DNA of 64,000 nt, from assembly GCA_002269645.1 (NCBI GenBank), contig NIVC01002321.1, positions 120,193-184,192 of the forward strand, in the 5' to 3' direction. The stretch comes from Macrostomum lignano. Taxonomy: Eukaryota. Below, piece by piece: positions 48,401 through 59,072 of the stretch. Below the pieces are notes generated by a model. The model had not been told where the DNA came from. It did not search any database and saw only the letters and a program-made list of their open reading frames with translations. Numbering within the stretch: position 1 is the stretch's first letter; the number at the start of each line of letters is the position of its first letter. The translations under genes and the position numbers were made by a program.

Positions 48401-50226
48401 CTACGCCGATGACAGCGCCCTGCTGGCCCTGGACCGCAAGCTAGCCAACTGCGCGAGCAAACTTCAACCGGCTCTCGACGCGGTCCAACGTTGGTGCGAG
48501 CGCTGGAAAGTGCTGCTGAGCCCAGGCAAATGCAGCTACAGCACCTTCAGCCTCAGCCCAGCGGAAAATAGAGGCAAGGCTCGGCTCAATGTCAGCATCG
48601 GCAACAAACAACTGGCCTTTGAGCCCCACCCAGTCTTCCTTGGGGTGAAACTCGACGACCATCTCGGCTTTGCCGAACACGCCAAAGACATTCGCCGCCG
48701 CATGACCGCCCGCAGACGACCCCTTCAGGCCATTGCTCACCGCCAACTGGGCGCAACTCAAGACACCCTTCGAGCGGTCTACACCGCCACCGTGCGCTCA
48801 GTGGCCGACTACGGCAGCGGAATCTGGCTGGCGGGAGCAGCCCCGAGCACCCGACTCATGATTGAACGACAACAAAACGCCTGTGCGCGGCTCATCACAG
48901 GGTGCGTCCAAACCACCCACACCAACCGACTTCTCAGTATCGCAGAGCTCCCCCCGGTCAGTCATGTCGCGTTGGAGCGCGCCAGCATGCTGCGCGAGCG
49001 TATGGCGCGGCTACAGGCGGACACTCCCGCCCACACCATCGCCACCAAGACCACGCGACCTCGCCTAAAGAACCGTACTTACGCAGCTCAGGCCAGAACG
49101 GCGCCTGACGCGCACCGGGTCGACGGGGCAGGCGACGTCGGCGAAGAGCGTAGCCGCCAACCCGGAGCGGCCTTGGATGCCAACCGCCCCCACAGGGGCT
49201 GCTGGCGTAGATCCGCCGAGGAGCTCTGCAGCGGCTGCGAGCTCGACCGTCTCCCACGCGCGGCTCGCCACCTTGGCCCGCCACCCTGGGATGCCGAAGG
49301 GGCGGAGACGGTTGAGTTCGACACCTCTCTCACCGCCCTGGTCTCCCGCCAGATGACGGCGCTCGAGAAGCTGGAGCGCGTCAGCCCCGCCGTCGCCGAT
49401 CTGGCCGCCAGCCCGTGCGTCATCTGGACCGACGGGTCCGTCGGCGAAGGCTCGCGGAACGGCGGGGGAGCGGCCATCGCTCAATGGGAGGCTCCTGGCA
49501 CCCGCCACTGCGTACCCGCCGGAGCCTGGTGCAGCAGCTTTACGGCGGAGCTGGTCGCCATCCGCGAGGCCCTTAGGCTCCTTCTCTCCAACGATGCCCC
49601 CCCCGTCTGTCACCATCGCTACCGACAGCCTGAGCGCGGTCCAGGCCCTGAGTGCCGGCCCTCTGGCCCAAACTGACAGCGTGGCGTCGGACTGTTGGGA
49701 CCTCCTTCTCCGTCTCACGACCGGTAACCGCACGGTCACCTTCCGTTGGGTCCCAGCCCACTGCGGTCTGGCGGGCAACGAGGAGGCCGACAAAGCGGCA
49801 TCGGAAGCGGCCGCCCTCGACCAACAACACGTGCCGCTCCAGCTACAAGCGGCTAGGACAGCCCTCCGCCGCCGCCGCCGGGCCATGGACGCCGACTACG
49901 CGGCACCGGCCAAACCACCACCGGCCCACCTCCCACGCCGCCTCCAGGTGCTGATAAACCAGCTCCGCGCTGGCGCCAGTATGATTAACTTCAGCACCCG
50001 CCACAGGCTTGGCATCGCGGACTCCGCTGCCTGTCCCGATTGCGGCGCGGAGGACACGGTGCGCCACATCCTACACGACTGCCCCCGTGGCGACCGCTAC
50101 CGGGCAGTCCACGGGCTCGCCTCCGAGGACTTGATGGAGTCCCCGGAGGCCATCATCGGCCTACTTCGCAGCATGGGGCGCCTGCCCCCCTCTAGATCGG
50201 CAGAGCCGGATACGGAGGAGCCCTGA
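45394..50226 (+). CDS. Element 2 polyprotein, about 1610 aa after correcting two poly-C frameshifts (46643-46648 and 49597-49604): APE with PHD insert, RT, RNase H, zinc knuckle
   Basis: LQFNCNG, LLQETKL, VAGDFNG, SDHLPI (APE); KSPGPD, YRPVALTS, GLPQGSV, YADD (RT); IWTDGS, AELVAI, TDSLS, WVPAHCG, NEEAD (RNase H); CPDC..H...C. Confidence 0.88.
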
Positions 50227-50251
50227 AGAAAAAGAAAGAAAGAAAGAAAGA

Positions 50252-50342
50252 AGCAGCCTCAGCCAGCCGTCATGATCAGCCCGTTCACGCCGCAGGACAC
50301 CAGCCAGCCTGCTGATCGGCAACAACAACAGCAGCAGCAGCA
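50252..50342 (+). pseudogene. TFAP4: Stranded AP-4 exon segment between elements 2 and 3 (QPQPAVMISPFTPQDTSQPADRQQQQ)
   Basis: Bounded by TSD copies; in frame with the flanking host segments once the elements are removed. Confidence 0.8.
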
Positions 50343-53102
50343 ACTGCTCTAGAAGCACGACTGTCAGCAGAGAAAAGTGGTTGGAGGTAAACAGGAACCT
50401 GGAGGCTAAAATCAGGGAAAAGAAGCGGTCCTTCTGGGCCGAACATGTGGAAAGCCTTAAAGAAAACGACGACGGGAAGAAGACCTGGAGTACCATCAAA
50501 TCACTGTACTCAGCTAGAGATACTGCCCCGCCTAACCAAATTTTAGCTGACAAAGGGCGCGAAGCCAGATCGGATGTCGAAAAGGCGGCTGTGTTCGTTA
50601 GCATGTACGCTGATAACAGTAAGGTCAAGATCGGGAAGGCGGACCGGGTCAAGCGGGTGGAGGTGGCTAGAAGACTAAGAGCCTATAACGCGCACCAGGA
50701 GTTTGACACACCATTCGTTATGGATGAGATGGATGATGCGCTCAAGCTGATGGACCCAACGAAGAAGGGGGGAGTTGACGGAGTTGAAGTTCGGCTTCTT
50801 AAAAACCTCTCCGTAGTAGGCCGTCAGAGATGGTTGGATGTTTTCAACAGAAGCTGGGCAGATGAGCTATGCCCTGGGTCCTGGAAGAAAGCGGAAATCG
50901 TTCCGTTGCTTAAACCCGGCAAAGACCCAGCGGCGAAGGAATCCTACAGACCGGTCAGCCTAACTCCGGTCTGCGCCAAGCTCATGGAAAGGATGGTCGT
51001 GAACAGGTTGTACTTCTGGCTGGAGGAGAATAACATCATTCAGCCCTGGCAAGCCGGCTTCCAGAGGGGCAGAAGCACCGAGGAACAGGTGCTCAGGCTT
51101 GTGCAGCACATTCAAGACGGCTGGGAGAGCAAAAAACCAAAAAAAACTCTGGCCGTGACATTGGACTGTTCGAAAGCGTTCGAAAAAGTTTGGAGAGTGA
51201 AACTCCTTGAGAGAATGATGGAGGAGGGCGTCCCAGCCAGGATCACAAGGTGGTTTGCTAGCTTCTTGGAAGGAAGACAAGCCAGAGTCCGTGCCGGGGA
51301 CGGCAACAGCAAATACAGACGCCTCCAGGAAGGTCTCCCGCAGGGCGCGGTGAGCTCCCCTGTTCTGTTCCTCCTGTATGTAAATGGTTGGACCGGTGTG
51401 AAAGAGGAGGGAGTGCAGTACGGCGGCTTCGCGGATGACCTGGCAGTCTGGTGCAGCGGAGATGACACCGAGGAGATCACTAAACGCCTGCAGCGTGCGC
51501 TGGATAAGATCGGCGGCTGGGCGGATGGCCTTAAAATTGAGCTGAACCCAGGGAAGTGCGAATCCTGCCTCTTCAGCAAGTCCACGAAAGACAAAAATCG
51601 CCACCCGAAGCTCTGGATTAGCGGAAAGGAGATCGCGGGGAAAGTCTCGCTTAAGTACCTGGGAGTGCGCATCGACCGTGGCCTCAATTTCCAGGAACAC
51701 ACGGACGCCGTGGTCGATAAAATGCGCCGAAGAAGCAGGGTTCTCAAGGCGGTGGCCAATACGGAATGGGGCTGGCAGGCGGAGAGTCTCAAGAAAGTTT
51801 ACTCTGCGATCGTTGAGAGCTGCGTTTGGTACGCCGCGGCAGCTTGGTTACCCTGGATTTCGAAGACCAACGTTCAAAAGATCGAGCGGGCGCAGCGTGA
51901 AGCCCTCCGTCTGACAGCTGGGCTCGTGAAATCAACGCCGGTGGAAGCGGTTCACCTGGAAACAGGAATCCCGCCCATTTCCGAAAAAGCGATCCTGCGC
52001 TGCGTTCTCGAATGGGAGAAAGCTGAGCGCGAGCCCCGACCCAGCCTCAAGCGTGATATGTGCGACATCGTCCTCCCCAGGAGACTTAAGGCAAACAAGG
52101 GATGGCGCGAGCAAGCGAGGTATGAAAGTAGATCCATCAGCGAGGCTCCCAGGGAGGAATTCATGAGGAAAAGGCACCCCCCTTGGAGAAGGCTCAGACT
52201 CGACGGGGTCGGGTTGTTTCCCGACCTATCCGGAAATGCCAAGAAGGGTGATGAAGACATCGCAGAAGACGCGGCTCGAACCATCCAGGAAAGAGGTCAG
52301 GTCGAGTTGAAAATCTTCACGGACGGCTCTGTAGACGGAAACGGAAGGAACGGAGGAGCGGCCTGTGTCGCCTGGTGCGATGAACGTGAGTACTGCAAGT
52401 TAGCTGCAGCGGGCGAATTCTGTAGCTCCCTTATCGCGGAAAGAACGGCTTTGCACCTGGCGCTAGATCTTGTGGAAGAGCTGAGGCCAAGTAGCGCTCT
52501 CATCCTGACTGACAGCAAGTCCGCCGTCTTGGCCACCGGTACCGAGAGGGTCACTGGAAACAGGAGCCAATTTAACTTGATTGACAGGCTCAGGAGGACG
52601 AGTGTATGGTGCAGCATCACCCTCCAGTGGATCCCAGGCCACTGCAGCATCGCTGGAAATGAGAGGGCCGACGAGCTGGCAAAGCAGGCAGCGCTCTTGC
52701 CCCAAGGGCAGACGGCCGTTGAGTTTGAGGCGTTACGCAGACACCTGAAGCACCGGTGGAGGCCCTGCATAAATGACCCCCGTCTGCGCTCGGTGTACGG
52801 TGGTGTGATTGAACGCGCGGAATGTGGCAGGAAAGTTGCTTCCATCTTAGCCCAGCTCAGGTCTGGTCACTGCAGACTCACTAAGTACTGGAGGCAGAAG
52901 ATTGGTCTGGAAGCAGAAGGCGTTTGCGAGGACTGCGGTGACATAGAAGATAAAGACCACTGGTGGTCGTGCGCGCGTTGGGACGGGCTTCGGCAGCACA
53001 CTGGTCTGCGTGAACTGAAGGATCTGCGCGAGGAGAACATGGTGATAGGGTTCTTGAGGGAGGCCCACCCGCAGTGGATCACCTGAGAGCTCCGGTCCGA
53101 GG

Positions 53103-53113
<11 letters not shown>
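50343..53113 (+). mobile_element. Element 3: 5'-truncated I-group non-LTR retrotransposon with uninterrupted RT-RNase H-CCHC ORF (50381-53086), (CA)n tail and TSD of about 15 bp ACAGCAGCAGCAGCA
   Basis: YRPVSLT, GLPQGAV, FADD, IFTDGS, WIPGHCS, NERAD, CEDC..H..C; TSD at 50328-50342 and 53114-53128. Confidence 0.92.
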
Positions 53114-53136
<23 letters not shown>

Positions 53137-53366
53137 CAATTGATGACGAGGACGCAGCCGAGAAGGATTCCAATTTGTCGTTGTCCTCCCAGCGACTTGT
53201 CGTAGTCGATTTGGCAGCGGCGGCTGCGGCAGCAGCTGTAGAATCTTCGCCACACTCGGCCGCTGGCTCGTCTGACCCGGACTCGCCCGGCCAGTGCCGG
53301 CCAAGAGCGATACCACACAAGTACCTGCACCGGCCGCAAGTTGTCCAAGCTAATCGGTCTAATTAA
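53114..53366 (+). pseudogene. TFAP4: Original 3' end of the AP-4 last exon (QQQPIDDEDAAEKDSNLSLSS...QANRSN stop)
   Basis: Open frame from the CAG run to TAA at 53366, in the same frame as the reconstructed host exon. Confidence 0.78.
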
Positions 53367-54842
53367 GGTTGCCGGCCCCGCCTCGCCCCCCTCTGCCTTC
53401 AATTATTATTATTATTATGGGTATCTATCGCATGCGTTTATTAGTTCATAATAGTAGTAATAATAATTCTACTAGTAACATTTATTTATTGGTCATTACT
53501 AAAAGCTTAGCTTAGTCTGGATACTGGATTACTGGTGCGCCTGTACAGACTCGCTGGCAGACCAACTGTAATTATTTATTAAAGTCATTCATTAATGCTT
53601 AAAGCCGGTTTTATATTTCAATTCAGATTCTTTCTGACCCCCCCCGTCTGTACACAAACGCGCTAGAAGTTTAGATAAGCCTCTGATCATATATATCCGG
53701 TATATATGCTAAGCCGTCAGTTTCTATGGCTAAAAGTGCAGACACCATCAATTAATTAATCATTTAGTTAATTGATTTTATCTGATAAATAATTTGTAAT
53801 TCAAAAATTTGTGTACCACAATTAATACACCATATATGAATGTAGTCAAACGTTTATTTGCTCAACACGAAATCACAGTTTCAATTTGTTGTTGTTATTG
53901 TTGTTGCTGCTGTTGTTATGTTGCAGAGTTGCTCTTGTCGCTTCAAGTTAATTAAGTTATATAGTTTTTTAGCGTATCTATGCCAAATATAAACATATAA
54001 GCATTGAGGGGTTACAGTTAATTTCTTAGCAGACAACAATTCTGCCTCATCTAGTAATTATTTACTAAACATAATTCATGTAATCCCTTGTTAATCCTAT
54101 TGTTCCTAATTAAACTTTTAATATTCCCGTGTCTGCTCATGCCGTTGCTATCTGCAATCACTAGCGTATTCCTCAGTGCATATGTAATAAAACATTAAAT
54201 AGTGCGTATTGTCAACTACTGTAATCTTTATAGTCCTACTAATAGTAATATTGGTTTTTTTCTTGTGTTTTTGTGTTTAAAAATGCCATGCCTGCTCGCG
54301 TTGAACCTGTGTGCGTCAGATATAATTAGTAAAAATCAATTGTATATCTATATTATTGTAATTTGATATACTACTATTATATTGAAACTATTCGCAAATA
54401 TATGGCTATCTGACACTAATAGTAATAAATATTTATTTAGGCAGAATCAATTGCGCAAAATAATAAAACCCGCGCATTCATACTACTGATTTTAAGTAGG
54501 TAAAAAAATTTAAATCTAATTAAAGATTTTTTCGATACATATCGTCGTTAATTGTACCAATGGTAAAATGCCGCTTAGAACACCGAAATTAATAGGAAGA
54601 AGCCCAGCCGCGTTAAATTGTGCATCTATAACAGTTAGTTGTAATAACAGTGTATATTTATACTAAACTCTACTGTTAAGTCAGCAATGCTATATCTACC
54701 GACATGTTGCGCTCGATTGTCAAGGTGCATGAATGTTCTGAAGTAAAACTAAGGACTAAAGTACATCAATTTTTAATACTAATTTATATTATTATTACCT
54801 GCCCTAATGGCCAGATGTGCAAGCGACGCATCCTTAATTACC

Positions 54843-54993
54843 CCCAGCTGGCACCCATTTTTACAGCTGGGGAACTGAAGCAATGCAGAGGTAGGTTTTT
54901 GCTTAAGGACGCAAATTGTTCAAAGTTAAGTGGGTCGAGAATCGAACCCCTGACCTTTTAGTCGTGAGTCCGACGCTCTAACAACTAGGCTAC
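54843..54993 (-). mobile_element. tRNA-derived CORE/Deu-like SINE copy with the best-preserved tRNA head
   Basis: Minus strand GTAGCCTAGTTGTTAGAGCGTCGGACTCACGACTAAAAGGTCAGGGGTTCGATTCTC contains A-box and B-box matches. Confidence 0.8.
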
Positions 54994-55249
54994 AACCTGA
55001 TCAATTTTATACTAAACTTTGAACAGTAATCAGTATTTGGGTTCGTGCGCACGGGAAGTTCAGTTTTTGTATCTAATAACTACAGTTGAAGCCTAATAAC
55101 TTGATGCTGAATCAGTGTGGAATGTGAATGCTAATTATAATAAATTAAGTGTGCTTGTGCATGTTGAGTAAATAAAATATATATATTGTTTTCTACTCGA
55201 AGTAAGAACTGCGCTTCACACTTAAATTGAGACCCGCGCCCCTTCACAT

Positions 55250-55512
55250 TGAGAATCTATCTTCTAATTGAGAATCACTCTTTCCCTAGTTGAGAATCAC
55301 TCTTTTCCTAATTGAGAATCACTCTTTTCCTAATTGAGAATCACTCTTTCCCTAATTGAGAATCACTCTTTCCCTAGTTGAGAATCACTCTTTTCCTAAT
55401 TGAGAATCACTCTTTCCCTAGTTGAGAATCACTCTTTTCCTAATTGAGAATCACTCTTTCCCTAGTTGAGAATCACTCTTTTCCTAATTGAGAATCACTC
55501 TTCCCTTAATTT
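55250..55512. repeat. 22-bp minisatellite (TTGAGAATCACTCTTTTCCTAA)n
   Basis: About 11 copies. Confidence 0.9.
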
Positions 55513-56086
55513 AGAATCGCCCATCCCCTATGTTATCAGTGATGACCCAAAACAAAGAAATGACGCACATCGTAGGGGATACCCGACAGGCCACATCACA
55601 GATATGACACTCCAAAAAAATATATCCGACCAGAATATTTCGAAATATGACACATAAAAGTTTCGCAAAAAACTATAAATTTTGCATTACATGCTACTAA
55701 TAGTAGAAATGCGAAAATAATTCGATCGCAGCTCCAAAGGGTTTCAAATAAATCGCATTAGACACAAGTCCAGCTATTTTAGTTATATATATTATTTACT
55801 TGCAAATTTTATAATTATATTTTATGTGCATACGAATTTTAGTTATAATTAATAAGTTTTCAAATATTATATTATCTTTACATGTTTCACATGTTAGAAA
55901 ATAGTTATATTAGCATGTTGAAATAGTGCATTGGTAGGCAGTCACCGAATGGGCAAATGTACTCCTGCCGGCATGCGACTTGGGCCGCTCAGCTGGGCCG
56001 GGCGGCTGCTGGGCTGCGGTGGGCGGCTGCTCAGCTGATCCGGGCTGTGACGCATCGGTCTGAGTAGAGAAATTGCAGTTATTGGT

Positions 56087-57773
56087 AGAGACAGGGCAGA
56101 ATGGTAGAGACAGGGCAGAATGGTAGAGACAGGGCAGTATGGTAGAGACAGGGCAGAATGGTAGAGACAGGGCAGAATGGTAGAGACAGGGCAGAATGGT
56201 AGAGACAGGGCAGTTATTGGTAGAGACAGGGCAGAATGGTAGAGACAGGGCAGAATGGTAGAGACAGGGCAGAATGGTAGAGACAGGGCAGAATGGTAGA
56301 GACAGGGCAGTTATTGGTAGAGACAGGGCAGAATGGTAGAGACAGGGCAGTTATTGGTAGAGAAAGGGCAGAATGGTAGAGACAGGGCAGAATGGTAGAG
56401 ACAGGGCAGAATGGTAGAGACAGGGCAGTTATTGGTAGAGACAGGGCAGAATGGTAGAGACAGGGCAGAATGGTAGAGACAGGGCAGAATGGTAGAGACA
56501 GGGCAGAATGGTAGAGACAGGGCAGTTATTGGTAGAGACAGGGCAGAATGGTAGAGACAGGGCAGTTATTGGTAGAGAAAGGGCAGAATGGTAGAGACAG
56601 GGCAGAATGGTAGAGACAGGGCAGTATGGTAGAGACAGGGCAGTATGGTAGAGACAGGGCAGAATGGTAGAGACAGGGCAGAATGGTAGAGACAGGGCAG
56701 AATGGTAGAGACAGGGCAGTATGGTAGAAACAGGGCAGTATGGTAGAGACAGGGCAGAATGGTAGAGACAGGGCAGAATGGTAGAGACAGGGCAGAATGG
56801 TAGAGACAGGGCAGAATGGTAGAGACAGGGCAGAATGGTAGAGACAGGGTAGAATGGTAGAGACAGGGCAGAATGGTAGAGACAGGGTAGAATGGTAGAG
56901 ACAGGGCAGAATGGTAGAGACAGGGCAGTTATTGGTAGAGAAAGGGCAGAATGGTAGAGACAGGGCAGAATGGTAGAGACAGGGCAGTATGGTAGAGACA
57001 GGGCAGTATGGTAGAGACAGGGCAGAATGGTAGAGACAGGGCAGAATGGTAGAGACAGGGCAGAATGGTAGAGACAGGGCAGAATGGTAGAGACAGGGCA
57101 GAATGGTAGAGACAGGGCAGAATGGTAGAGACAGGGTAGAATGGTAGAGACAGGGCAGAATGGTAGAGACAGGGTAGAATGGTAGAGACAGGGCAGAATG
57201 GTAGAGACAGGGTAGAATGGTAGAGACATGGTAGAATGGTAGAGACAGGGTAGAATGGTAGAGACAGGGCAGTATGGTAGAAACAGGGCAGTATGGTAGA
57301 CACAGGGCAGAATGGTAGAGACAGGGCAGAATGGTAGAGACAGGGCAGAATGGTAGAGACAGGGCAGAATGGTAGAGACAGGGCAGAATGGTAGAGACAG
57401 GGCAGAATGGTAGAGACAGGGCAGTATGGTAGAAACAGGGCAGTATGGTAGAGACAGGGCAGAATGGTAGAGACAGGGCAGAATGGTAGAGACAGGGCAG
57501 AATGGTAGAGACAGGGCAGAATGGTAGAGACAGGGCAGAATGGTAGAGAAAGGGCAGAATGGTAGAGACAGGGCAGAATGGTAGAGACAGGGTAGAATGG
57601 TAGAGACAGGGCAGAATGGTAGAGACAGGGTAGAATGGTAGAGACAGGGCAGAATGGTAGAGACAGGGTAGAATGGTAGAGACAGGGTAGAATGGTAGAG
57701 ACAGGGTAGAATGGTAGAGACAGGGTAGAATGGTAGAGACAGGGTAGAATGGTAGAGACAGGGCAGTTATTGG
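56087..57773. repeat. 19-bp minisatellite (GGTAGAGACAGGGCAGAAT)n
   Basis: About 88 copies. Confidence 0.95.
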
Positions 57774-59072
57774 TAAAAATATTGCTCTTCACCTTCACTT
57801 ACCATTAACTGGAATCGATCAGACGCGGCGAGCTCTTTCTCAAACGACTTTTGCCGCTTAGCGACGTCATAGCATTTGCCTTTGCGGCTTATCAGCTGTT
57901 TTATGAACTCCAATTGTTTGGACATTTGGGTTAATTTATTGAAAAAATGAAATTAATTGACAAATAGAAATCTGGCTTTTTGAAAGGCCAACTGAAGTCC
58001 CATTTTATATGAAGCGGCAGTTTGACATCAACAAGTTCACTCTAATTTTCATTGGTTCGGAATGGGGTGGTCAAAATATTTCACGTTCATAGTACGTGTC
58101 AAATCCACTATGCTTTTAGACTCAAAGGGGTGGACTGCTTCATTTCAGTAGTGACTCATTTTGACACCAAATTACTTTGATTCAAAATGAAACATGCGCA
58201 TTAACCAGCATGAAACATACATTAGGTACAATATGCCCCACTCACATTCACAGCCTCATTCACAGCCTCATTCACTGCCTCATTCACAGCCTCACAGCCA
58301 GACTCACTGATCGACCCTAATCCAGTTTGGGTTTCGAATACTCAGTTATTTCTGCATTTTCAATTCATTGAGTAGCTCTGTGAGATCCGCTGCTGTCAAT
58401 ATACAGTGGGCAGTGGATAAAAAATAAATGACACACAATGAATTGGATAGGAATTAAATGAATGATGCAAAATAGAAATTCGAGAAATAGATTAAATATG
58501 CAAGAAAAAGACGTATATGCTCAAAAATTAGGATGAAGTCAGTCATCAACAAATCAAAGAGTAGATAAAATTTCTCTTTGGTGACTAAATAAAGTTTACA
58601 ATTTTACATATTTGGAACTGCTTGACACTATTCTTTACGATAATGGCGCAATCATAAGTTTGGTGCAACAAATTTGCTTAGATAGGTGTCTTCCACCATG
58701 AACCACCCATCACTGTCACCGAGCATTGCGCAATCTTGAGCATACCCAGAGCACGTATTTGCTTTTAAGCAATCGTGAGAACTGCGATTCTTATCTTTAC
58801 TCAAAATCCAGCTACAGTGGAAAGATCGAGAAAAGCGCGAAACACACCTCCAAACAAACCGCTGTGCATAATACAAAACAATATATAGATAAAAAGTGGA
58901 ACGCTCACAGCAGGTGACCAAACCAAAAGTAAAAGCAAAGCCCAATTGTATTTTGATAAAAAGCCATTACTAAAGAAGCTGGCGAAATATTTCTGAGCTA
59001 ACCTGTCAATATCAAGTATAAGTTAAAATGTACGAGCGCAGTAAATTCAAACATGGATTTAAACTATAGCGG

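Larger units (their letters stand above)
45380..50251 (+). mobile_element. Element 2: apparently full-length I-group (Ingi-like) non-LTR retrotransposon with (GAAA)n tail and 12-bp TSD AGCAGCCTCAGC
   Basis: TSD at 45368-45379 and 50252-50263; APE, PHD, RT (YADD), RNase H and CCHC domains. Confidence 0.93.

Noticed and set aside
44875-53402. Long antisense and alternate-frame ORFs over the retrotransposons
   Set aside because: Expected shadows of GC-rich coding sequence, with no recognisable domains.
58650-58945. Short ORFs that might be a transposase relic (PATVERS)
   Set aside because: One weak motif, with stops in frame and no TIRs.
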